From: a virus
Taxonomy: Duplodnaviria; Caudoviricetes
Direction: 5' to 3' (one strand)
DNA length: 61,642 nucleotides
Virus record (IMG/VR): IMGVR_UViG_3300034072_001227
Location: 1-61,642 of that record
Positions within the stretch are counted from its first letter, which is position 1. Each line of letters begins with the position of its first letter. A program made the position numbers and the translations under genes. This document shows, in pieces, positions 27,949 through 37,349 of the stretch. Below the pieces are notes generated by a model. That model was not told the origin of the DNA. It was given only the letters and a program-made list of their open reading frames with translations, and did no database searches.

Positions 27949-28485
27949 ATGGCGAAATATCCTGACAGCCCGGTCGAGATCCTGCTCAAGCGGATCGTCG
28001 CCCTGCTCTCCGCCGCCGATTGGGCTGACCTCGCCGACGTCCCGGGCGTCACCGTCCGCCACGCGCGCAACCGCGCCCCTATGGCCAGCGAACGCCCTTG
28101 CGTGTCTGTCGGGTTCGTCGACGATGACGACTTCGGCGGTAGCGGCCGCGCGGCGCACAACGCCTGGGAGGTGGTCCGCGAGCTCAAGGTCGACCTGCAA
28201 TTCGACGCCGATCTGGATTCCGAGGACAGCGCGTTGGACGTCACCGGCTGGGGCAAGCTGCTCCGCATGGCGGCGGTTGCGTTCGACACCCTGCGCATCA
28301 TGGACGACACCGGAGCCGACATGGGGCTGTCGGATCATTGCGATGACGTCTTCCGTTCTGAGACGGGCCCGAACGAGGATAGCGACAGTGACAAGGGTCG
28401 CTTGGTGCAGGGCCTATCTGTGATATACCGCGTTTCGGCAACGTCGCCGAACCGGCTGTTGGCTACAGGAGTAACATACCCATGA
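27949..28485 (+). CDS. tail terminator-like protein
   Basis: synteny; acidic. Confidence 0.55.
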   Translation: MAKYPDSPVEILLKRIVALLSAADWADLADVPGVTVRHARNRAPMASERPCVSVGFVDDDDFGGSGRAAHNAWEVVRELKVDLQFDADLDSEDSALDVTGWGKLLRMAAVAFDTLRIMDDTGADMGLSDHCDDVFRSETGPNEDSDSDKGRLVQGLSVIYRVSATSPNRLLATGVTYP

Positions 28486-28850
28486 GTGACAAGGTCGACC
28501 ACAGCCCGGTCGTATTGGGCGGCGGCAGCTACGACATGAACGAGCTGCAGAAGGTGACGGACAAGGCGGCGAAGGCCGGCAGCGTCGAAGCGCGGCAGAA
28601 GATCCTCGACGATGAACTGTCGAAGGCCGTGACCGACGAACGCACCGAGTTCGATTCCGCGGGCATGCCGGGCTACGTCAAGCAGCAGGTCAAGCGCGAG
28701 ATCGCGCCCGAGGTCTTCGTGACCGAGAACGTGACCGTCTTCTCGCCCAAGGAGGCGGCGAAGGTCGAAAAGGAAGCCGCAGCCGACGCTGCTGGTGGTA
28801 ACAAGGCGGCGGGGGGCAGTGTGCCGGCCGCGTCGGAAGGGAGCAAGTAA
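28482..28850 (+). CDS. hypothetical virion-region protein
   Basis: AGGAG SD; coupled. Confidence 0.7.
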   Translation: MSDKVDHSPVVLGGGSYDMNELQKVTDKAAKAGSVEARQKILDDELSKAVTDERTEFDSAGMPGYVKQQVKREIAPEVFVTENVTVFSPKEAAKVEKEAAADAAGGNKAAGGSVPAASEGSK

Positions 28851-28853
28851 ACC

Positions 28854-30065
28854 ATGTCGTGGAACCACAAGACCCGCGTCGTCGCCATGGCGATCGCGAT
28901 CCAGCCGGTGGCGGGTGTCTTCACCGCGCCGGCCGAGGCGGATCTCGTTGCGGTTTCGGTGCCGAACAATTCGTTTGAGCCGATCACCGCTGATGACCCG
29001 ACCGCGACCGGCGCCATCTGGACCGCGCCCCAGATCAACCTGGGCCGCACCGGCACGGCTGGCGCGAGCTTCGTCATGCGTGGCCCGGGTGGCGCTGCGC
29101 CGCCGGCTGCGAACGGCTGGCCCGAAGGTCGCATCCTGCAGGCCGCCGGCTGGACCGAGCTCATCAACGCGACCGAGCGCACTGGCGTAACCGTCGCGGG
29201 TTCGACCACCTCGGCGATCGCGCTGGCAACGACCGAGAGCGCCGTCGACGACTTCCTGATCGGCGTCCCGCTCCAGATGTCGCAGCTCGGCACCGGCTTC
29301 CGCAAGACGGTCCTGATCTCGGACTATGTCGGTTCGAGCAAGATGGCGACGATTCCCCAGACGCTGGGCGCGGCGCCGGCGGCTGGTGCGAACTACACCA
29401 TCCCGCCATATCTGCTCTATCGCCTCGGCACCCTCACGGGCACGCCGCCGCCGATGCTCTCGATCTCGATCTGGCGCGACAAGAAGCGCTACGACTATAA
29501 GGATTGGCGCCCGACCTCGCTCACCATCAACATGCCGGTGACGAACGACGCCAACACCGAAATGCCCTCGATCGAGTTCACCGGCCGCGCTACGCCGGAG
29601 GCCGAGGTCGACGTCGCCACCACACCGGTTCTGCCCGACGCCAAGCTGCAGCTGCCGGTCGCTCCGGTTCGCGGCGGCAAGTTCTACGTCGATCGCACGA
29701 TGCTCGGCCACCAGTCGCTGAGCTTCGGCGAGACGCTGGAAGTCGCGGCTCCGTCGAACCAGAACCAGGACGCGGGCCAGGACGCGTATGAGCTGATGAG
29801 CGGGTCGCGCACGGTCGATCTGGACTTCAACCAGATGTCCGTGACCGACTTCGACATCAAGGCGCGTGCGGACAACCAGACCGTCATGCCGTTCCTGTCG
29901 ACCTGGGGATTGGGCGCGGGCAACCGCTGGGGCTTCCTGCTGCCGGCGGCGAAGCTCACGAACTACAGCCCGGGCGATCGCAACGGGTTCGTCAACCTCA
30001 CGGGCAACGCGGAAGTGATGGCGGTCGATAAGTCGGCGTGCTTGTGCTTGTGGTGGGGAACCTGA
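28854..30065 (+). CDS. major tail tube protein
   Basis: 403 aa followed by a strong terminator and upstream of chaperone/tape measure genes. Confidence 0.75.
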   Translation: MSWNHKTRVVAMAIAIQPVAGVFTAPAEADLVAVSVPNNSFEPITADDPTATGAIWTAPQINLGRTGTAGASFVMRGPGGAAPPAANGWPEGRILQAAGWTELINATERTGVTVAGSTTSAIALATTESAVDDFLIGVPLQMSQLGTGFRKTVLISDYVGSSKMATIPQTLGAAPAAGANYTIPPYLLYRLGTLTGTPPPMLSISIWRDKKRYDYKDWRPTSLTINMPVTNDANTEMPSIEFTGRATPEAEVDVATTPVLPDAKLQLPVAPVRGGKFYVDRTMLGHQSLSFGETLEVAAPSNQNQDAGQDAYELMSGSRTVDLDFNQMSVTDFDIKARADNQTVMPFLSTWGLGAGNRWGFLLPAAKLTNYSPGDRNGFVNLTGNAEVMAVDKSACLCLWWGT

Positions 30066-30099
30066 TATAGGGTTCCTGTCACGGGGACATGACGCAGGG

Positions 30100-30137
30100 A
30101 GGGCCTTGGTAGGGGATTGCCAAGGCCCTTTTCTTTT
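30100..30137 (+). terminator. rho-independent terminator
   Basis: AGGGCCTTGG...CCAAGGCCCT-TTTCTTTT. Confidence 0.85.
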
Positions 30138-30248
30138 GCCCGGCGCTGGCGCATAGAGACCGCAGAGGCGGCGGCACAAAGCTCTCATTCACTTGTGGGT
30201 GGTCAGCGGTAGTGATGGAAACCGCCGCCTCGAATCGAAAGGCCTGAC

Positions 30249-30395
30249 ATGATGCTCCGCCTTCTCCCCCTGCTTCTGCTGACCGGCTGCTCGACCGTCC
30301 CGAGCTATATCAGCTGCGACAATGCCGAGATGGCGCGCACGGCCGCCAAGGCTGCGCTCCGGGCATTGGACAACGCCTGCCCGATCATCTACTGA
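30249..30395 (+). CDS. small lipoprotein (48 aa)
   Basis: MMLRLLPLLLLTGC lipobox; two further Cys; GAAAGG SD; below the ORF-track cutoff. Confidence 0.7.
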   Translation: MMLRLLPLLLLTGCSTVPSYISCDNAEMARTAAKAALRALDNACPIIY

Positions 30396-30563
30396 GGTCT
30401 CGGCTACAGCGTTGCGACCGAGGGCCTGAAACAATATCTCGCAACCGGACTGACAGACGTAACAGGCGACCCGGCGACAGCGCGCACGGTAATCCAATCG
30501 CCCCTAGCCTGGTCACATTCTCCCCCTTGCAGGCCGCCGCTGCATCGAATAGGCATCTCTCAC

Positions 30564-30692
30564 GGCTTGAAGCCGCCGGGGAGGTCGGGCGACGGGAAAA
30601 CGCTTTGAGGCCTCCCCAATAGCTTGAGGCGAGATTGCATCAGCATCTTCCTTCGGGAAGCCGGGTCAAAGTCCTGGGATCGCCCCCAAGCC
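30564..30692 (+). ncRNA. candidate structured/tRNA-like RNA
   Basis: GGGGAGGTC/GGCCTCCCC stem; CTTCC-TTCG-GGAAG hairpin; T-arm-like CCGGG-TCAAAGT-CCTGG then GATCGCC-C-CCA. Confidence 0.4.
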
Positions 30693-30699
30693 CAATGTC

Positions 30700-30777
30700 G
30701 GGGATGTCGTCCAAACGGTATAAGGACGCCAGTTTCCAAAACTGGAAATCTAGGTTCGAGTCCTAGCAGCTCCGCCA
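30700..30777 (+). tRNA. trnW: tRNA-Trp(CCA)
   Basis: GTCC/GGAC D-stem, CCAGT-TTCCAAA-ACTGG, CTAGG-TTCGAGT-CCTAG, G73, encoded CCA; one acceptor-stem mismatch. Confidence 0.9.
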
Positions 30778-30781
30778 CCAT

Positions 30782-30855
30782 TCACCCTTCGTCTAATGGC
30801 AGGACATCCGGTTTTGGACCGGGCAATGCTGGTTCGACCCCAGCAGGGTGATCCA
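30782..30855 (+). tRNA. trnQ: tRNA-Gln(UUG)
   Basis: TCACCCT/AGGGTGA acceptor stem, TCCGG-TTTTGGA-CCGGG, GCTGG-TTCGACC-CCAGC, encoded CCA. Confidence 0.93.
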
Positions 30856-30922
30856 GTTTCCTCTCCCCCCTCCATCTGTTATTGCCGTCCCGCGCCATCC
30901 AGGCGCTACCAAGGGAACGAGC

Positions 30923-31834
30923 ATGAACGACGAACAATATATTCCGCTGTCTGCGCGCGAGCCGCTGCAGCATGTGGTGGAGGAGCCGGCTGGCGGGAAG
31001 CAGCCGCTGGTCATCACCCTCAAGCGCCCCTCGCCGTCCGATCGGCAGCTTCTGATCTCCCGCATGTTCGCGGCTGGCCTGCGACAGCCGACGGGCAAGC
31101 AGATCCGCGCGGCCGAGCTCAACGCGCTCATCAAGATCCTGGGCGACGACGCTGGCGAGGAAGCGGCCAGCAAGCTCGAGATGTTTTATGACGCTGCGGA
31201 TCTGTGGGGCCGGCAGCTGGTCGAGTGGCGCGAGCGCGAAGCCCAGCGCATTATCGATGAGAAGAACGGCGCTGAGCCGATCGCTCCCGAGGCCCCGCCG
31301 GCAAAACCCTACACTGAGCGCGAGAAGAACGCGGCCGAGCTGCTGATGTATCAGGCGCGCAGTGACGAACTGGTGATCCGCCTGCTGGCCGACGCGGCTG
31401 CATACAATGCCGGCAACATGTTCTGGCTGGTCCGCACGCACATGGTCCCCGATGGCCTTGCTGGCGGCCCCGAGGCGCTGGTCATGTCCTTCGACAAGGA
31501 GGGCGTGCTGACCAAGGAAGCGCTGGACGATCTGATCGGCTACATCGGCGAGCCTGCTTTCCTCGAATTGGCCGGCGTGATCGATGGGCAATATTCGCTC
31601 AAGGCGAGTGAGGAAAAAAACTCCGCATCGCCGCTCGAGACCTCGCGACCGAAGGACGAGCCTTCGGAAGCTACGAGCGGCGTATTGGAGAAACACGCTG
31701 GCATTTCGACGGAATCGATTATCGAACCAACCCCCGAATCCGCATCCGACCAGATCACCGAGAAGTCGTCCTCCACGCCTTCCGCACCAACGGACTTGAC
31801 GGGGACCACTACCCAGACGGTCGGACCCGCATGA
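30923..31834 (+). CDS. tail assembly chaperone (gpG-like); -1 frameshift product extends to 31905
   Basis: slippery GAA AAA AAC at 31613-31621; -1 frame open to TGA 31903-31905. Confidence 0.8.
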   Translation: MNDEQYIPLSAREPLQHVVEEPAGGKQPLVITLKRPSPSDRQLLISRMFAAGLRQPTGKQIRAAELNALIKILGDDAGEEAASKLEMFYDAADLWGRQLVEWREREAQRIIDEKNGAEPIAPEAPPAKPYTEREKNAAELLMYQARSDELVIRLLADAAAYNAGNMFWLVRTHMVPDGLAGGPEALVMSFDKEGVLTKEALDDLIGYIGEPAFLELAGVIDGQYSLKASEEKNSASPLETSRPKDEPSEATSGVLEKHAGISTESIIEPTPESASDQITEKSSSTPSAPTDLTGTTTQTVGPA

Positions 31835-31904
31835 TGCAGCCTGTCCTGCTCAGCCGCGCGATCGATGTCGTGCGCAAGTATATCCGCGAGCAGGGCAACG
31901 ACTG

Positions 31905-32591
31905 ATGCGCCTGGCTATCCGCCAGACGCGCACGCCCGGCCGGTATATTGATGCCGGCCGGCGCTATGCCAAAGACCTCGAGCAGGCCGCCTTCTATGCG
32001 ACCGATGAGGCATCCAAACTCGCCCAGAGGGGCGTCCAGAGCAAGATGCGCGCCGTGGGCCTTGGGCGGCTGGCCAATGCCGTCGGGCAGACGTCGGCGC
32101 TCAAGAAGAACCAGCGCGGCCGCAATCCCTATGGCGTGCTCTATGCGCGCGGCGGGGACGAGAGCCTGGCCGGTGGCGCGCTCGACGCCTACACGCGCGG
32201 CGTCACCATCCGAGCGACCAACCGCAAGTGGCTGGCCTTCCAGACGAACGCTATCCCGCGCCGGGTGAACCGCAAGCGCATGACGCCCGCCCTGTATGAA
32301 AGCGCGGGATTCGCCTCCCGCTATGGCAAGCTGGTCTTCCGCCCGATCAAGCCCGACCTCGCCCTGTTGGTGATCCGCAATACGAGCGTCACCGGCAAGG
32401 GGAAGGTCCGCGAGCGCGGCAAGCGCATGGGCCGGGGATCGATCGCGCAGAAGGAAGTCGTCGCCTTCGTGCTGGTGCGCGAGACGCGCCGGGCGCAGCG
32501 GTTCGACAAGATGGACGTCATCGCTCCTTATGCGCGCATGGTGCCGCAGCTGATGAGCGATTTCCTGATCCGGCGCCGCACCGTCCACTGA
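31905..32591 (+). CDS. basic tail-completion/neck-like protein
   Basis: Arg/Lys-rich, GVTIRATNRKWLAF; tail region. Confidence 0.6.
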   Translation: MRLAIRQTRTPGRYIDAGRRYAKDLEQAAFYATDEASKLAQRGVQSKMRAVGLGRLANAVGQTSALKKNQRGRNPYGVLYARGGDESLAGGALDAYTRGVTIRATNRKWLAFQTNAIPRRVNRKRMTPALYESAGFASRYGKLVFRPIKPDLALLVIRNTSVTGKGKVRERGKRMGRGSIAQKEVVAFVLVRETRRAQRFDKMDVIAPYARMVPQLMSDFLIRRRTVH

Positions 32592-32653
32592 TGCTGTCCC
32601 GCGCCCCTGTTATGGGGTAAGCATTCCCCCGATCGAAACGAGGGGAATATCCC

Positions 32654-35600
32654 ATGGCCGGCAACCGCCAGACCTTCACCACCTATATCAATGCGCTGAT
32701 GGATCAGGGGGTGGATCGCAACTTCGCCCAGCTCGACCAGCTGGCCGACCGGACCTTTTCCTCGATCCAGACCAGCGCGAACAAGGCGCTCTCCGGCGTC
32801 GACGCGCGGATCTCGCAATTCCGCAACAGCTTCCAGGATGTCAGCCGGGTTATCGAGGGTCTGTCGAGCGGCCTCACGCGCACCGGTTCGATCGATCTTG
32901 GCCTGGGCGACCTTCGGCAGGCGGCGGCGGATGCGCGCCTGTATGAGGAAGGGCTGCGCACCATGCTGCGCACGGTCAGCCTCAGCGCCCGTGAGACGCA
33001 GGACAGTTCGGTCGCGACCCGCAACTACATCGGCGCCCTCGAAGCGTCCCTGACGGCCGCGCAGGCGGTCACGCGCGAGACCGAGGACCAGGTCGCGGTG
33101 ATGACCCGCTACCAGACCGCGCTCGACAAGACCGCCAGCAGCTCCAGCCGCCTCGCGCAGGCGGAGCGTGATCGCTATGCGGAGCAGGCCGCCGCGGCCC
33201 GGCTGGATAGCGTCAACGCCACCCGGCAGGATGCGATCAACAGCCGGTTCGCGCCTGGCCTCACGCGCGGTGCGGCAACGGATGCCGGCGCCGGCTTCTC
33301 CGCCCTCGATCAGCAAATCCGCGAGCAGGAGGCGCTGGTGCGCTCGCTCACGGCTGGCGTCGCGCAGCTAGAGCGCCAGTTTGCGCAGGAGGCCGCGACG
33401 GCGGCTGCGGACCAGCAGCGCGTCACGCTCGCGATCGCGGCGCAAGAGGCTGAGTATCAGCGGCTGGCATCGGCCGAGGCTGGCGCAGCGCGCGGCGGCG
33501 AACTGCTCGCCGGCGTCTACCGCGGCACAGCTGCGGAGATGGGCCGGGTCGCTTTGTCGGCGCGGGATTCGGCGAGCGCCTTCGAGCAGGCGGAGCGCGA
33601 GCAGGATGAGCTCAACGCCTCGATCGCGCGCCTTCGCGCCAATGCCGATCCGGTTGTAGCCGTCATCCAGCGCTACACCGCCGCGCTCGAGGAACTGGAC
33701 CGCGTGCAGGACCGGCTGGACCCGGGCGAATACACCCGCCTGCAGGGCCAACTCACCGCGCAGATGAACAATCAGGTCGAGAAGGTTGAAGCGGCCCAGC
33801 GTGCCGTTGCCGGCTATGGCAACACGCTGCGCGGGCAGCGCACGGCCTATATTCAGGCCGGGCAGCAGTTCCAGGATATCGCGATCAGCTTCGCAGGCGG
33901 CCAGCGCGCCAGCACGATCCTCGCCCAGCAGCTGCCGCAGCTTGCCTATGCGTTCGTCGACGTCGGCGGCAAGGTCGGCAAGGTCGCGACCACGCTGGCG
34001 GGCCCCTATGGTCTGGCGCTGGTCGGCGCATCCTTCCTTGTCGGCGGCCTGATCGACCGCCTCATGGGCGCGAGCGACGCGAATGAGAAGGCGCGTTCCT
34101 CGACGATCGACTTCACCAACACGCTCGAGACCTCGCGGGCGTTCGTCAACGACTATGCGGCCTCCATCAATGCGCTCGAGGGTGCGACGCGCAGCCTCAT
34201 CAACACGCAAGCTATCCTGATCGACAGCCTGCAGGCGACGTCCCAGCAGGCGGTCTCGACCCTGTCAGCGCAGGTCTCGACGCTCGACGCGCAGATCGGG
34301 CGCCTCGAGCGCGACCCGACCCGCAACCTTCCCGGCTTCTTCAACACCGGCACCGCAGAGCTTGCGAAGCTCAAGGCGGAGCGCGCAACCGTCGTCGCGC
34401 AGCTTGAGAAGGCGCAGGCCAGCTTCTCCCAGGCAGAGACCGCGCTGGAGGCCCGCCGCGCCACCGAGAACGCGGATAGCGACCTCAAGGCGAAGAACGA
34501 CCTGATCCGCGAGCGCGCGCGCCTTGACCGCCAGCGCCAGCAGACGCTCCAGCAGGGCACGGTGCCGCTCGCCGACTTCACGCCGATCGGCCAGAAGGAA
34601 TATGAGGCAGCGGTCGAAGCGAACGAGCGCAAGCAGAAGGCGCTGGCCGATGCCATCAAGGATCGGAACAAGGCGGAGCGCAAGGCGGCGTCTGATGCAT
34701 CAGCTGCGGCGCGCCAGGCGGCGGCGGAAGCTGAGGCGGCGGCCAAGCGCCGTGCCGGCGAGAAGAAGGATGAGGAAATCCTCGCCCTCCTGCGCCGGCG
34801 CGGGCAGATCTCGCCGGCCGAGTATGAGCGCGAGCGCGCGGCGATCGAGGATCGCTATCAGGCCGAGATCCTGTCGATCGACGCCACCACGACGGCGCAC
34901 AGCAAGTCGACGCAGATCCAGATCGCGAACCTCACGCGGATCCAGAACGCGGCCGAGCAGAACCAGCAGAAGATCCGCGGGATCGTGACGCAGTTCCTCG
35001 ATGCCGAGCCCGCCGCGCGCCGCGCGGCCAAGGCGATCGATCAGGTCTGGGATATGGTCGACCAGCCCAAGGGCCTTGGTGGCGAACTGTTCACCGAGCA
35101 GGACGCCCGGGCGCTCGAAAATCTCATCACCGAAAGTCTGCAGCGCCCGTATCGCGACTTCCTCGCCGATGCGCAGCGCGGCGCCGAAATCGCGCAGCTG
35201 CAGGCGGCCGGCTATGACGATGTCGCGGCTGCGCTGCAGTCCGCGCTCCAGCTGCAGCAGCAGGGTGCGGTGATCGGCGCCGAGCAGTTCGATGATATCC
35301 TTGCCGCCCAGCGCGCGCAGACGGCGCTCAATGACCGGCTGGAGGTGACGCGCGATATCAATCAGCAGATCCTCGGCATTGCGAAGAGCACGCGGGAAGA
35401 GACGAACCAGCTGCTTGTCGGCATCATGAGCGGCAAGCCCCAGCAGGCGCTCAAGCAGTTCGGCCAGAACATCCTCAACAACGTCTTCCAGATCCAGGCG
35501 AAGCAGGTCACGGCCAAGCTCTTCGAGGGCGCGGACGCGGAGCTGCGCGGGTTGCTGGATGATAGCGACGGCGTGACGCGCGCGATCGATATCCTCGAGA

Positions 35601-37327
35601 AGAACGTCAAGGACAATGCCAACGCCGTCGACACGCTCGACACGGTGCTCGGCAACGCTTCGACGTCGGTGAAGAAGTTCGGCGATATCGTCGACCAGGT
35701 TTCTGCGCAGATCAGCGGCGGCGGGGCGGCCGGCTCGGTCGGCGGGACTGGCGGCCTTCTCTCGCTCGACACCGCGATCGAGGGCTTGGGCAAGGCGACC
35801 AAGGACTTCAATGCGCAGAACGACCCCAATGGCCCCGGGATCATCGTCAACGGGCGCCGGCAGGCCGACCTGATCGGCGAGGCGATCGTCAAGAAGCAGG
35901 AACTGTCGTCCAGCACTGCATACGGCAAGGTCTTCGGGAAGCTCGGCGGGAAGCTCGACGAAAGCCTCGGCACCAACTTCTTCGGCGGGCTCGGCAAGTC
36001 GTTCGGCACTGGCGGCCTGTCGGGCGCGAGCATCGGCAGCTTGTTCGGCGGCAAGGGCGCAGGCATTGGAGCGCTGCTCGGCACTGGCGGGACGGAACTG
36101 TTCGGCGCTGGCTTCGCGTCGTCGCTGTCCTCCGCTGTGCCGTATCTGGGGGCGGCCGCTGCTGCCAACAGCATGATCGGCGATATCTTCGGCTTCGAGG
36201 GTGGACCGCTTGGCGTCCTGACCGGGCCGATCAAGTCGTTCCTCAACCCCAGCCGCTCGGCCGGCGCGACGCTCACTGGTCTCAACCAGGTCCAGTATGG
36301 CGGCAAGGACTTCACCAAGCAGGGCTCGGTCGCAGTCGGCCTGGCGGCCTCCGTCTTCTCCGGCCTGGAGGATATCGCTGACCAGCTCGGGGCAACGATC
36401 GGTTCGTTCAACACGACCATCGGCATCCGCGACGGCGACTATCGCGTCAACACCTCGGGCACCTCGCTCAAGACCAAGAACGGGGCGATCGAGTTCGATG
36501 ACGATATGGAGGGTGCGATCGCCTATGCGATCAGCGACGCCATCAGCGACGGCGCGCTGCAGGGCATCAGCATGGCCTCCCAGACCATCCTCAAGAATGG
36601 CTCGGCCGATATCTCCAAGGCGATCACCAAGGCGCTGGCGATCGAGGATATCCCCAAGCGGCTCAAGGCGCTGAAAGACCCGGTTGGTGCGGCGATCGAC
36701 GATCTCAACGATGAGTTTGAGGATCTGATCTCCTACCTCAAGGAGGGCGGGGCGACGGCCGAGCAGTTCGCGCAGGCGCAGGAGCTCTATGATCTCGAGC
36801 GCGCGCAGGCGATCGAGGATGCGTCGAACGGCGCGATCGATGCGCTGCAGGACTTCCTCGACTCCATGACAAACACCAGCGAAAGCCCGCTGTCGAAGCG
36901 GACGGTCTATGGCAATGCGCAGGAGGACTTCGCCGCGCTGCAAGCGCGCGTGGCGGCTGGCGAGAGCGTGGATCAGGATGAGCTGCTGGCGGCGGCGCAG
37001 AACTTCCAGGACGCCAGCCGGGCGCTCTATGGCAGCAGCAGCAGCTTCTTCAACGACTTCGATGCGATCTTCGACACCATCACCCAGGCGAAGGACGCGC
37101 TCGAGGAATCCGCTGGCTCATACGGCGGGCTGGCCGGCTCTCCGTTTGAAACCGACACGGCCGTCAAGGACACGATCGCATCGATCGGCCAGTCCCAGCT
37201 GGCGGCGACGAACAGCCAGACGCAGGCCTTGTCGAAGAAGCTCGACGATGTTGTGGCGGCCGTCCAGTCGATAGCCCTCCAGACAAACAATGTCGGGAGT
37301 GCTACCTCCCTGTTGCAGAACTTCTAA
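32654..37327 (+). CDS. tape measure protein
   Basis: 1557 aa Ala-rich helical; QQFQDIAISFAGGQ...ILAQQLPQL lambda-type TMP motif. Confidence 0.92.
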   Translation: MAGNRQTFTTYINALMDQGVDRNFAQLDQLADRTFSSIQTSANKALSGVDARISQFRNSFQDVSRVIEGLSSGLTRTGSIDLGLGDLRQAAADARLYEEGLRTMLRTVSLSARETQDSSVATRNYIGALEASLTAAQAVTRETEDQVAVMTRYQTALDKTASSSSRLAQAERDRYAEQAAAARLDSVNATRQDAINSRFAPGLTRGAATDAGAGFSALDQQIREQEALVRSLTAGVAQLERQFAQEAATAAADQQRVTLAIAAQEAEYQRLASAEAGAARGGELLAGVYRGTAAEMGRVALSARDSASAFEQAEREQDELNASIARLRANADPVVAVIQRYTAALEELDRVQDRLDPGEYTRLQGQLTAQMNNQVEKVEAAQRAVAGYGNTLRGQRTAYIQAGQQFQDIAISFAGGQRASTILAQQLPQLAYAFVDVGGKVGKVATTLAGPYGLALVGASFLVGGLIDRLMGASDANEKARSSTIDFTNTLETSRAFVNDYAASINALEGATRSLINTQAILIDSLQATSQQAVSTLSAQVSTLDAQIGRLERDPTRNLPGFFNTGTAELAKLKAERATVVAQLEKAQASFSQAETALEARRATENADSDLKAKNDLIRERARLDRQRQQTLQQGTVPLADFTPIGQKEYEAAVEANERKQKALADAIKDRNKAERKAASDASAAARQAAAEAEAAAKRRAGEKKDEEILALLRRRGQISPAEYERERAAIEDRYQAEILSIDATTTAHSKSTQIQIANLTRIQNAAEQNQQKIRGIVTQFLDAEPAARRAAKAIDQVWDMVDQPKGLGGELFTEQDARALENLITESLQRPYRDFLADAQRGAEIAQLQAAGYDDVAAALQSALQLQQQGAVIGAEQFDDILAAQRAQTALNDRLEVTRDINQQILGIAKSTREETNQLLVGIMSGKPQQALKQFGQNILNNVFQIQAKQVTAKLFEGADAELRGLLDDSDGVTRAIDILEKNVKDNANAVDTLDTVLGNASTSVKKFGDIVDQVSAQISGGGAAGSVGGTGGLLSLDTAIEGLGKATKDFNAQNDPNGPGIIVNGRRQADLIGEAIVKKQELSSSTAYGKVFGKLGGKLDESLGTNFFGGLGKSFGTGGLSGASIGSLFGGKGAGIGALLGTGGTELFGAGFASSLSSAVPYLGAAAAANSMIGDIFGFEGGPLGVLTGPIKSFLNPSRSAGATLTGLNQVQYGGKDFTKQGSVAVGLAASVFSGLEDIADQLGATIGSFNTTIGIRDGDYRVNTSGTSLKTKNGAIEFDDDMEGAIAYAISDAISDGALQGISMASQTILKNGSADISKAITKALAIEDIPKRLKALKDPVGAAIDDLNDEFEDLISYLKEGGATAEQFAQAQELYDLERAQAIEDASNGAIDALQDFLDSMTNTSESPLSKRTVYGNAQEDFAALQARVAAGESVDQDELLAAAQNFQDASRALYGSSSSFFNDFDAIFDTITQAKDALEESAGSYGGLAGSPFETDTAVKDTIASIGQSQLAATNSQTQALSKKLDDVVAAVQSIALQTNNVGSATSLLQNF

Positions 37328-37349
37328 CGCCTAAAGATCGGGACGACGT

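Noticed and set aside
29793-29801. Other CTGATGA hammerhead-core matches (~1655, 29794, 32550, 55541)
   Set aside because: They lie inside CDSs and lack a correctly placed GAAA and flanking stems
30700-30855. tRNAs as an attP site or prophage boundary
   Set aside because: Both tRNAs are full-length, phage tail genes flank both sides, and no integrase was found
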